NCBI RefSeq assembly: GCF_001194135.2
Contig: NC_068988.1
Location: forward strand, 42,011,949 to 42,045,270
Length of the DNA: 33,322 nucleotides
From: Octopus bimaculoides
Taxonomy: Eukaryota
Reading direction: 5' to 3'
A program made the translations under genes and the position numbers. This document shows positions 11,317 to 22,044 of the stretch, piece after piece (within the stretch, counting starts at the first letter, position 1; each line of letters begins with the position of its first letter). Under the pieces are notes generated by a model that searched no databases, was not told the DNA's origin, and saw only the letters and a list, made by a program, of their open reading frames with translations.

Positions 11317-11679
11317 TACTCTTTACTCTTTTACTCTTTTACTTGTTTCAGTCATTTGACTGTGGCCATGCTGGAGCACCACCTTTAGTCGAGCAAATCG
11401 ACCTCAGAGCTTATTTTTGTAACCCTAGTACTTATTCTATCGGTCACTTTGGCCGAACCGCTAAGTTACGGGGACGTAAACACACCAGCATCGCTTGGCA
11501 AGCGATGTTAGGGGGGACAAGCACAGACACACAAACATATACACACACATACATATATATATACGGCAGGCTTCTTCCAGTTTCCGTCTACCAAATCCAC
11601 CCACGAGGCTTTGGTCGGCCCGAGGCTATAGTAAAATGCACTTGCCCAAGTTGCTACACGCTACTTACCACACAGCCAC
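11317..11679 (-). mobile_element. tRNA-CORE SINE (family of 3817-4265), B-box segment deleted
   Basis: Plus strand begins TACTCTTTACTCTTTTACTCTTTTACTTGTTTCAGTCATTTGACTGTGGCCATGCTGG (reverse-complement tail) and ends CTACTTACCACACAGCCAC (reverse-complement A-box head). Confidence 0.85.
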
Positions 11680-11867
11680 AACATAGATGGAACACTGTAA
11701 TTTCAGTTTATTTGCATTTAGTATTCATTTTTCCGTCTGTTCGAAAGAGGGAGAATTGNNNNNNNNNNNNNNNNNNNNNNNNNNNNNNNNNNNNNNNNNN
11801 NNNNNNNNNNNNNNNNNNNNNNNNNNNNNNNNNNNNNNNNNNNNNNNNNNNNNNNNNNNNNNNNNNN

Positions 11868-11900
<33 letters not shown>

Positions 11901-11939
11901 TATATGTATATATATATATATTTCTGTATTGACTAGACT

Positions 11940-12180
11940 ACCGGCTGTTGTTTTAAACCGCTGGTCACATTGTGCTTCATCGCAATGTTGTAGCTTTCGA
12001 AGGATGCCACTCCGCTGATTAAGCGAGTATGCCAACATTCCTTTCAACAGAACAACAATCTGTCGAATGGTTACTCATTTACAGCTTTGTGGACTGAAGC
12101 AACGTGAAAAATTGTGTTTTGCTCATGAACATAACGCACCAAGGTTTTGAAAATCGAAACAATGACGTTTCGATCAACAC
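11940..12180 (-). mobile_element. Degenerate CORE-type SINE
   Basis: GGTTACTCATTTACAGCTTTGTGGACTGAAGCAACGTGAAAAATTGTGTTTTGCTCATGAACATAACGC aligns with the CORE segment of the 3416-3697 copy. Confidence 0.5.
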
Positions 12181-13571
12181 CTTATATATTTATGTGAGGT
12201 GTAGAAAACTGCCGCTTTCTGTCTTGTACTATTGCGTTCAGGTGACACTGGAGTGAACCCTCCACGATCGTAGACCTGTACAGAGAAAGTATGAAAAGTA
12301 TCTGTATAGAGTTGGTTACCCATGTAACAAGTCTCTTCTCCCCCTCCACGCTTCTAGTATTGTTGAAGGGAAGGACAAAGGCCAATGCAGCTTGGTACCA
12401 GCGTTCTCAGAGATGTTGTCAGAACAAAGTTCAAGACAATGTCGGACCGCTCTATAGATTCTAACTCTGGATTTATCGTCAAGTTTTACTTTCGAAGACT
12501 TTCTCATACAGGATTATCTCATAAACGGGTATAATCCAGAAGAGGTTTCAAATTAGAGTTTGCCCTTTCTTAAATAGACTACCTTTCTAGGTACACTGAT
12601 TAGTTTCATTTGATTTTGAAAATAATGAATAATTTAGCAAAATAACTTAGTCGTTATTAAGCTCAAGTTTTTCATTTATATGACAAGAAATTTGATTCTC
12701 TGAACCAGAGGCGGTCACTGGCGGTTTAGTATCAAACGGGTCACATAACATTGCTAGTATGAACTAATCGCTGTTAATGACGCAGGTTAGTGAGGTGAAT
12801 CGATTAGTTCAGATTTCAAAAAAATAAACTTAAATTTGATTTCATATTTTTTGTTTTATTTTCGCTTATTGATTTTTACACTATAATGATTAAAAACAAC
12901 AAAGATGGAACACTGTAATTTCAGTTTGTTTACATTTAGTATTCATTTTCTGTCCGTTCGATAGAGGGAGAATTGAGATAATATTTGCTAATACAATCAA
13001 ATACAGCGTGACTAACATCGTCTAGTAAAATGTCCGCTTCCTCAGAAGGCATAAATTCATGTAGTTTCAAACTCAACTTGAAGAAATTTCGTTATATTTA
13101 ACCTTTTAATCATATTGGTAAGTGTATGAACACATTCCATCACAAACATTAAGGACACTTTCACTATGTTGTAGGTTTTAGTTTTTGCTTTCAATTAGAA
13201 TAATTATTAAATGTCTACATATCTAAGATGATTTCGATTTTATATCTGCTTTGTAAGATTCTTGATGCGAACTCAAATTTTGAAACAATTTTTTCTTTGT
13301 ATCTTGGGAGGGTCTTTACACCAATAATAAGCACAGGCACTGGTTCAGTTTCACTTCTTTATCATTAGTGAATTGGTTAATTATTTAACCAACTAACCTA
13401 ATTGATAGGTCTCTGATTTGCAGCAGACTTGTAAGAGATATGGTATATCATTTACGAGGTCGCAAATAACGACGTGAGGACTTTGATAAACAACTTGTTG
13501 ACTTTTCTTAACCAGCTGCTTATATAACCGATGGGTTATTTGGTTGGTAAAATAACTAACCAATTGACTTC

Positions 13572-13712
13572 TAATAGTTTCAAATGTTGGCACAAGCCCA
13601 GCAATTTCAGGGAAGGGTTAAGTCGACTACATTGACCTCAGTGCGCAACTGATGCTTATTTTATCTAACTCGAAATGATGAAAGGCAAAGTCTACATCGG
13701 CGAAATTTCAAC
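13572..13712 (-). mobile_element. 3' half of an (ATT)n-tailed SINE family copy
   Basis: Reverse complement GTTGAAATTTCGCCGATGTAGACTTTGCCTTTCATC...GAAATTGCTGGGCTTGTGCC aligns with the + copies at 13903, 17741, 23906 and 30375. Confidence 0.7.
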
Positions 13713-13777
13713 TTCTGAGACTGATAGAATTAATAATAACAACAACATCGAAAAACACAGGTTCGAAATTTCCCCAA

Positions 13778-13823
13778 GACACCTGATGAAGGCTGGAGGT
13801 TATATCAGCCGAAACGTTGTGTT
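13778..13823 (+). ncRNA. Minimal type I hammerhead ribozyme motif with palindromic helix III (Penelope-type)
   Basis: GACAC CUGAUGA A GGCUG-gagguuauau-CAGCC GAAA CG UU GUGUU. Helix I is GACAC/GUGUU (4 Watson-Crick pairs + 1 GU). Helix II is a perfect 5 bp. AACGUU palindrome at 13813-13818. Cleavage triplet GUU. Confidence 0.7.
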
Positions 13824-13902
13824 AACAACAAACAAGATGAGGACTAGTATCTGTTGAATGTAAATAATTTAAATAATGTTTAAAAATTATGTTATTAAAG
13901 TA

Positions 13903-14117
13903 AAGGCGGCGAGTCGACAAATTCGTTACCGCGCGAAAAAATTGCCCGGCGTTTATTCCAGTTTAACGTTCTGAGTTCAAATGACCGCGAGGTCAACTTT
14001 GCCTTTCATCTTTTCGGAGTCAATGAAATAGATAACAGCTGAATACTGGGATTGTTGTAGTCGAGTGACATGTCCCTTAAAAATTTCAGGCCTTGTGCCT
14101 ATCGTAGAAAGAATTAT
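13903..14117 (+). mobile_element. tRNA-like SINE, (ATT)n-tailed family
   Basis: AAGGCGGCGAG head, B box GAGTTCAAAT, GACTTTGCCTTTCATC-like body, end GGCCTTGTGCCTATCGTAGAAAGAATTAT. Confidence 0.8.
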
Positions 14118-15724
14118 CAAATATAAAGAAATGAAAAATAATACATCTATACCGGATAAACGAGAAATTTGCGAATTGGGATATACGACCGAGACTATAC
14201 CTTTAAATTTATACCCGTAGCTATTAAGATACTTGACTAAATAACTAAATACCCCAGTACAAGTCTTGAGAGGCTAGGCAAGAGAAAATTACATACAACC
14301 CGTTAATGAAAAAATCGTGAAAATACGCAAAATTTTCCAGAAGTTTAGCCAATAATAAGTGCATACACAACCCTGTGGAGATAAAATGTTATGTATATGT
14401 ACATTTAAAAAAACAGTCAAAATATGCTGATTCATTCATGTTCGCAAAGACCTTAAGATTTAAAGGATGTTGGTTAAAACAATATACTTTCTTTCATAAC
14501 CTTCCTACCAAGTAGACGGCCGGTCAAAAGTTACTCTAGAATTAAATACATACATGCTTGCATACATACTTACAAACAATGTGGTCAGAAAAATGCAAGA
14601 GAAAGAGGACATTTATGGATCGTTGATATGGAGCTTGCAAATCCAGTACCCAAGATACACGTTCAGCTTCATACCATTTATTATTATTGGAGCAAAAAGA
14701 TACGTACCAGCCCGTCCGGAGCTAAGTATGGCCGAACTTGGACTCTTGTGAAGAGGAGGCAAATCCTTCATTACTACACTGCAAATGATCACGATATCTG
14801 GGACGATAAATGTCTGCAAGACCTTCTTGAGATTTAAAGGACGATTTTAAAACAAGATCCTTTTCTTGACAACCTTGCTACCAAGCAGGCAGCCGGTTAA
14901 AATTTATTCTGAATTTCAAAAGAGAAAGAGAACAAACGTACATGCATACACACATAAATATATTACTAGCAAATTTGTGTTATCTGAATTCCAGTGAAAT
15001 CTTGTTTAAGTGTTAGAAACCGCCTACTTCTCTTTCCGTGAAGAATTTCAGAAATAAAACCATATATAAATGCATATGCATATATTTATCTACATGTGTG
15101 TGTGTATTGTGTTTGTGTGTGAGCGAGTGTGTATGTGTGCGTGTGTGTGTATGTGTGTTGTGTTTGTGTGGATATACTTACATGTATAGTTCTATATGTA
15201 AATGTGCTTATATATACAAAACAGGGCACCCATATGTCCATACCTCAGTGAGAATACTAAGCAACGCTACAAATGTGGTGGCATTTTCAAACAGTAATTT
15301 GAAATGAAATTAAACAAAAGGTAATATTTCCTGTAGATTCAAAATTTAATACTTTGTATTGACTAGCATATATGCTTACAAAAGTGTTTACAATATCTAC
15401 TTTTAGAAACTAAGCAAATTATAAATTGCTTCTAACACTATAGATTATGTTCGTTAATAAGGTAACAAATGAGATTTAAGATGGCACCGAAAGTGGATAA
15501 ACAGAGAGAGGAAGAAAGAATTACGAGGGAGTGAAAGAGAGTAAATCAAACAAGCAACTTGAATTAAATTCAATCTTGTGTGTGTGTGTGTGTGTAGGTG
15601 TGTGTGTATGTGTGTGTGTGTATGTGAGTGTGTGTGTGTGTGTGCGTGTGTATACATACTTAAATACACACAGACAGACAGAGAAAACGTATGCACAGGT
15701 ATACATGCACGCACACATACACAT

Positions 15725-15784
<60 letters not shown>

Positions 15785-16551
15785 ATAACGAAGATACATT
15801 TATGCAGAGAAGGATATTTTCGTGTATACATTCATATTTGTGTGAGTGTGTGTGTATATATATATGTGTGTGTGTATGTATGTATATGTATGATATATAT
15901 ATATATGTGTGTGTAGGTATACATGTACATATATGTATGTATAAATATGTATGTACGTATGTATGTTTGCATGTATGTAAGTACATATCTATGTAGCATA
16001 ATCAATAGTACCACAATAAATATCTCACTGACTCACTGCTCTTTGCAGTAGCAATTGTTAAAACATTTCTGTTGTCAATAAAGTCTTAATTAAACCTCAC
16101 CGTTCGGTACTCAACTCATACACTGAGTGTGTACGTTTATGTAATAAGTATACACGTATGTATGCGTGTATGTAAGCATATGTGTATATGCATATATATA
16201 CATACATACATAATACATACATATACGTATATATATATATATATATATATNNNNNNNNNNNNNNNNNNNNNNNNNNNNNNNNNNNNNNNNNNNNNNNNNN
16301 NNNNNNNNNNNNNNNNNNNNNNNNNNNNNNNNNNNNNNNNNNNNNNNNNNNNNNNNNNNNNNNNNNNNNNNNNNNNNNNNNNNNNNNNNNNNNNNNNNNN
16401 NNNNNNNNNNNNNNNNNNNNNNNNNNNNNNNNNNNNNNNNNNNNNNNNNNNNNNNNNNNNNNNNNNNNNNNNNNNNNNNNNNNNNNNNNNNNNNNNNNNN
16501 NNNNNNNNNNATACTTACAACAGAAAAAAAAACAATAATAATAATGATAAT

Positions 16552-16599
<48 letters not shown>

Positions 16600-16710
16600 T
16601 TGATTTGCTGGAAACAGCAAAACATACTTATAACAAACGTATATAGGTAGTTACAAAACAATGTTTGGTAGACAAGCAAATTATATAAAAATGGAGTAAA
16701 GACGCTACAC

Positions 16711-16754
<44 letters not shown>

Positions 16755-17066
16755 TGCACACACAAACACGCACACACGCACGCACACGCACAGAGGTATA
16801 TCCGCACCTGCGCGCGCGCATGTGTGTCTGTTAGACATTTTAATAATTTGTAACAGAGAATAATTACATGAAAATAGGATATTGCTGAAAATGCAAAATA
16901 ATTAAGAAGATATAACTATAAACTTTAGGTCACTTATGTTGGATCAAAACAACCCACATATGTTCCCTCTACCTCTCTTAATATTGAGTTCTGATACATA
17001 CACAGGTCTTTTGAGTCACGAAAATTCCATAGTACTCGTATGGAACATCTTTCATATAGTAATACG

Positions 17067-17224
17067 AGCATGAGACATTTGGGCACAGCCGTTTTGGCGT
17101 CGCCTATTTTTGGCATCGCTGATTTGAGGTTAGCTTGTTTGGCATCAGACGTTTTAATGTCTCTCGTTTTCATGTTTCTCTCGTTCTCGCTGTCTCTCTA
17201 TTTCTCTCCCTTTCGTTCTTGCCG

Positions 17225-17277
<53 letters not shown>

Positions 17278-17673
17278 CCTTCTCTCTCTCTCTCTCTCTC
17301 TATCTATCTCTCTCTCTCTNNNNNNNNNNNNNNNNNNNNNNNNNNNNNNNNNNNNNNNNNNNNNNNNNNNNNNNNNNNNNNNNNNNNNNNNNNNNNNNNN
17401 NNNNNNNNNNNNNNNNNNNNNNNNNNNNNNNNNNNNNNNNNNNNNNNNTTTAGCTATCTACCTCCGTTTATGTGTGTAGATATCTAGTTATGTTTGTATG
17501 TATGTGTAATATCTATTTCTCATTCTCTTTGTCTCACACACTCTCTCTCACGCTTTCTTCCTCTCTATCTATGTATGTGTATATCTATGGAGGAGCACTC
17601 GTATGTGTGTATATGTGTATGAGCGTTTATATTGGTTTCGGGGCCAAAGCGTACTGGTGCCAAAAGAGTTCAA
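17067..17673. mobile_element. Possible decayed MITE / DNA-transposon remnant with degenerate TIRs
   Basis: Left GAGACATTTTGGGCACAGCCGTTTTGGCGTCG resembles the reverse complement of the right end, GAACTCTTTTGGCACCAGTACGCTTTGGCCCCG, with repeated TTTTGGC subterminal motifs. The interior is (CT)n plus an N gap. Confidence 0.35.
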
Positions 17674-17740
17674 ATAATCGGTCAGCCGTACAAAATCGTT
17701 CGCAACCAAACACCAGTTGCTTTAATATTTCTCTTCTTTA

Positions 17741-17936
17741 AAGGCGGCGAGTTAGCAGAATCACACCAGACAAAACACTTAGTGGCATTTCCTACGTTCT
17801 GAGTTCAGTTTCCACCGAAGTCGACTATTTATCCTTTTGGGGTCGATCAAATTAGTGTCAGTTGATTACTGAGGTCAATGTAATCGACTTACACCCTCAC
17901 CCGAAATTGCTGGCCTCATGCCAAAAGTAGAAACCA
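17741..17936 (+). mobile_element. tRNA-like SINE, (ATT)n-tailed family
   Basis: AAGGCGGCGAGTTAGCAGAATC head, TACGTTCTGAGTTCAG B-box region, end GAAATTGCTGGCCTCATGCCAAAAGTAGAAACCA. Confidence 0.8.
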
Positions 17937-17973
17937 ATATTTCTCTTGTTTTCATATTCTTCTCGTACTCTAC

Positions 17974-18023
<50 letters not shown>

Positions 18024-18027
18024 CTCA

Positions 18028-18058
<31 letters not shown>

Positions 18059-18239
18059 ACTCTTTTTTACTCTCTGTTTATGCGTGTGAATATCGAGTTA
18101 TATGTGTGTGTATGTGTGTGTTATATGTGTGTTATGTGTGTGTGTGTGTATATATATGTGTGTATGTGTGCGCCTCAAATATGGAAATATCTGAAGATAT
18201 CTTTGACAGACACGCTAAGTGACATATCCAGTATTAGGA

Positions 18240-18926
18240 GAGCGTATGTCAGCATTTGTATGTCTCCAGTATGCGCTAATTTTGTAGCAATTGCTGCTCA
18301 ATCTAAAATTAGTGACAAGCATCTGTTTCGAGTTGGAATACAAGGGCCTACTAGCGTATGTAAATGACGACACAGTAATAGTATCGGACACCATGAAAGT
18401 GAATTTAATCGGTAGCTCTAAAAGAATGAGGCGGTAACAGGAGTAAAGATAAATCCAAACAATTCGGTGTGTTTTTAGCTTGGTACCTGGAGAATCAAGT
18501 CATTGCTTTCCAATAGCATCGTGGGCCACTAGATAGGCAAATTGCTTGGATTCAGTGAAATTGCTTGGATTCTGGATCACTTCGAGGCTCCAAGAAATTA
18601 GAGATTGAGATGAAGTTACGAGAAGCCAGTGGTTGCTTCTTTTCAATTCCTGGAAAGTCGATCCGAGGTGGCAAAAGCTTACGTCGCGTTCCTCATACTT
18701 CATTGGTGGCCGTTGCACCATGCTCACATTCATGACTGACCTGAATGAATCATCTTTTATGATTCCAGTTGAAGGGATGCCTTCTACTGCCAGTACCCTT
18801 TGGTAGACAGGCTGTGTATGCCCTGACTTCTGATGCACAGGTGTGCACTGTGGCTGCACCACCTGCAGAAATTCCTGGACGATGATTGGAGGTCATCTTT
18901 GTGTGAGGTACGTATTTCCACAGCAC

Positions 18927-18927
<1 letters not shown>
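18240..18927 (+). mobile_element. Decayed Tx1-clade LINE reverse-transcriptase fragment
   Basis: Frameshifted manual translation: QYALIL*QLLLNLK...AYVNDDTVIVSD (YADD-like)...EAVTGVKINPNNSVCF*LGTWR...SRSEVAKAYVAFLILH...CQYPLVDRLCMP*LLMHRCALWLHHLQKFL. This follows the Tx1 order YADD / GAKIN..KS / GRA.V.N / GGLG.P. The fragment stops at a (TTA)n array. Confidence 0.65.
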
Positions 18928-19006
<79 letters not shown>

Positions 19007-19012
19007 TATTAC

Positions 19013-19048
<36 letters not shown>

Positions 19049-19069
19049 TATTACTATTATTATTATTAC

Positions 19070-19135
<66 letters not shown>
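18928..19135. repeat. (TTA)n microsatellite with CTA variants
   Basis: Direct reading. Confidence 0.95.
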
Positions 19136-19137
<2 letters not shown>

Positions 19138-19692
19138 GAAAACTCACAGCTTATTTTGCTGGGTACGATGGAAAGTGTCAGCTATCCACAGCCAGCAGAC
19201 TAATGTGACATTTGTTTACTGGTGATACTTCAAGAACCCTGCGAAGAATTCTTGCAAGTTCAAGCAATGCTGATTTTTGTAGGTATTCTTCACACTTGCA
19301 CCGATCTTTTTCAGCCATGTTGGTAGCTGAGTTCTGATACTTCCAAGTGCGCCAATTACTATTGGTATCACATCTACTCTCTTCATTGACCACAACCCTC
19401 GCATTTCCCACTTTAAATCGTCATAGCTGTTTATTTTGTCTTCTTTCACATTCATCCCTTAGTCACCGAGGCATGCTATGTCGATTATCATATATGTTCT
19501 TTCTTTTCTATTCACCACAACAATGTCCGGTTTCCGATGTCTGGTCAGGTGATCGAACTGAGTCATTGCATCTCACAGGATTTTGCAATTCTTATCTTCG
19601 GAAACTCCTTCTGAAGTTTGCTTATACTACGTCTTTGCTCTTTGTTAGCCGTGATTTCCACAACGCTCCCAATGAATCATTCTTGTCATTGC
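19136..19692 (-). mobile_element. R4/Dong-like (RLE-bearing) non-LTR retrotransposon 3' fragment 1
   Basis: Minus translation: IHWERCG...CKIL*DAMTQFDH...RKPDIVVVNRKERTYMIIDIACLGD*GMNVKEDKINSYDDLKWEMRGLWSMKRVDVIPIVIGALG...LQKSALLELARILRRVLEV. This is the PD-(D/E)xK restriction-like endonuclease and conserved C-terminus. (TAA)n lies on both sides on the element strand. Confidence 0.85.
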
Positions 19693-19703
19693 TATTATTA
19701 TCA

Positions 19704-19786
<83 letters not shown>

Positions 19787-19826
19787 GTTGTTGTTATTGT
19801 TATTATTGTAATTACTATTATTATTA

Positions 19827-19880
<54 letters not shown>

Positions 19881-19888
19881 GTTATTAT
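19693..19888. repeat. (TTA)n/(TTG)n microsatellite between two R4/Dong fragments
   Basis: Direct reading. Confidence 0.95.
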
Positions 19889-21180
19889 ATAACTGTTCGA
19901 TATTTGGTAGATTGAGGCAAATTTCTACTGAATCACCTGCTGCACTTCCGTGTTGCTGGGGTGTGTGCAGCATTCTGTGTTCCTTTCTGCTGTTGGGAGT
20001 GTGCGAACTCTTCCCAGTACTGTATTGTGTTAGGTTTTTGTCCTTGAGGTATGGTGCTGTCCTTTGTTGTGTTGCTGCTTGTATTGTGTATTGATTGTGT
20101 AATGCTTTGTTTTTATTGTCTTGCTGGTGGCAGTTTATCTCACTGAGTAAATGCTGTATAGACTGTATCCTATATTTGTAGGTTGTTTTGTTTGGGCTAT
20201 ATTATTGTATTGATAGTATCTTGCGTAGCATGTGGACTGTTCCTAGCAGGGTTATTTTTTGGACAGTGTGTAGTGTTGAGGATCCAGATATAGCTTCTAT
20301 ATTTTTTCGTATGATTTTTTTTTTTATTATGCCCAATGCTCCAACTGTTATTGGTATTGCTTTTACTTTCATGCCCCACATTTTGAATACTTCAGTTTCG
20401 AGGTCTTTGTGCTTCGACAATTTCTCCTCTTCTTTTTTGACAATATTTGATGAGAAGCGAAATGCTCAGCGGTATTTCGTCTGTCTTAAAGTTCTGAGCT
20501 CAATTTCCGCCAAGGTCGACTTTGCCTTTCATCCTTTCGGGATCGATAAATTAAGTACCAGTTGCGTACTGGGAGCCTCTAATCGCCTGGCCCCCTTCCC
20601 CAAAAATGTCGGGCCTTGTGCTTAGAGTAGAAAAGAATATTTTGATCAGAAGAGACTGCAATGTCTATCAGTAAGCAGGTGTTTTGTCACCAATCCTTGA
20701 CTATTTTGTCTGGACGATTAAGTTTTTTTCTTTGTCGGTTTGAACCAGCATATCCCAGATGATCGTTGCCTTGTACCTTGCTTGGCTCATGCTTATACCA
20801 CCTGCTGTTAGTTTTGATGATGTGATATTGGCATATCGTCCAGTGGATATAATTGCTTACTTTGTCGTGTCTGTATACATATTCAAACTTGGCAAGGACT
20901 AGGTAGCCCGAGATGATGTGGTCAACTGGCTCATTGTGCTGGTTGCACATTCTGTATTTGGTGTTGAGGCTTGTTTTCATTATTTTGTTTTTATAATTAT
21001 TTGTAGTCAGGCATCGGTCTTGTGCAGCGAGAATCAGTTCTTCCGTTTAGGCTTTTAGTCCAGAGCTTTTGAGGCAACCGTCATTAGACTTTCCGGCTGG
21101 ATTTCCAAGCGCAACCAACTGGGACTACGGATACTATCCAACCATCTTGCTCTTGATCATAGGTTTGTTAAATCAAATAA
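19889..21180 (-). mobile_element. R4/Dong-like retrotransposon 3' fragment 2 (linker, CCHC knuckle, RLE, about 310-bp 3' UTR), interrupted by a SINE
   Basis: SSGLKA*TEELILAAQDRCL...KYRMCNQHNEPVDHIISGYLVLAKFEYVYRHDKVSNYIHW...NRPDKIVKDW...LLIDIAVSSDQ/NIVKKEEEKLSKHKDLETEVFKMWGMKVKAIPITVGALG...VQKITLLGTVHMLRKILSIQ* (ORFs 20687..20980 and 20202..20420). The 5' boundary is approximate. Confidence 0.85.
20458..20635 (+). mobile_element. 5'-truncated (ATT)n-family SINE with target-site duplication
   Basis: The body aligns with the other copies. Flanked by AATATTTGATGAGAAG (20442-20457) and AATATTTTGATCAGAAG (20636-20652). Confidence 0.85.
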
Positions 21181-21780
21181 GATGCGTATGCGTGCCTCTG
21201 TGTGTGTGTGTGCGCGCGCGCTTGAACGCGTGTGTTTGTGTGTATGTGTTCGGAAATAGGGAATGCAAAATATGTTGTAGGTCTCGTTGTTTCCAGAGAG
21301 AAGGGCTATCATTAACACACTTCACGCTGCTGGTTGTAAGTCTGGATCAACACGGTTTCTTTATGCTTCATTTTCCTTTTTACATTGTTCCTATGGAAAG
21401 AAATTAATTTCGTTTCAACAACGACAACTGCAACCACAACCAATAACCACAATGTATTGCTGTCTAGTAGCTATCGATTTCTGTGTAGTGAGCAACATAT
21501 CGATCTGAGGTTTTCTTTTTTCTTATGGCGCATCATGAGTTTTAACAAGTGATAAGCAATAAAGAATACGTCGCCTCATCATATATGTATTACATTGGTT
21601 CAGTTTTTATTTTTACTGTATGTTTGCTATTTCAATGTCAGTATTTTTTGGTCAACCTAAATTCTCAACTGTCTGTCCTTTCAAAATAACAACAGTTGAA
21701 TTAGTAATCGTTAAACAGTTCATAATTCAATAACAAATGTCCGTTTCTGTGTCTTTGTTTTTCGTCATCTCCACCACTGA

Positions 21781-21844
<64 letters not shown>

Positions 21845-21846
<2 letters not shown>

Positions 21847-21957
21847 CACTTTCAATACAGTAACCATAAGAGCATCACAGCAAACCACAGCACATACCCA
21901 AGGCACACAGAGCTGCGCTCGGTAGTGAAGTGAAAGCACGTTATAAAAATAAAACTA

Positions 21958-21960
<3 letters not shown>
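21845..21960 (+). mobile_element. 116-bp unique island inside a (TAA)n array; possible extreme 3' end of a retroelement
   Basis: Bounded by TAA arrays 21780-21844 and 21961-22043. Ends AAAAATAAAACTACTG-(AAT)n. No coding signal, so the identity is inferred from context only. Confidence 0.35.

Positions 21961-22043
<83 letters not shown>

Positions 22044-22044
<1 letters not shown>

Noticed and set aside
11343-11936. 197-aa ORF on +
   Set aside because: It is the antisense reading of a SINE plus an N gap.
18500-18862. 120-aa minus-strand ORF
   Set aside because: No recognisable motif; it is the antisense shadow of the + strand Tx1 RT fragment.
20188-20625. 145-aa hydrophobic ORF on +
   Set aside because: It is antisense of the Dong RLE region fused to a SINE.
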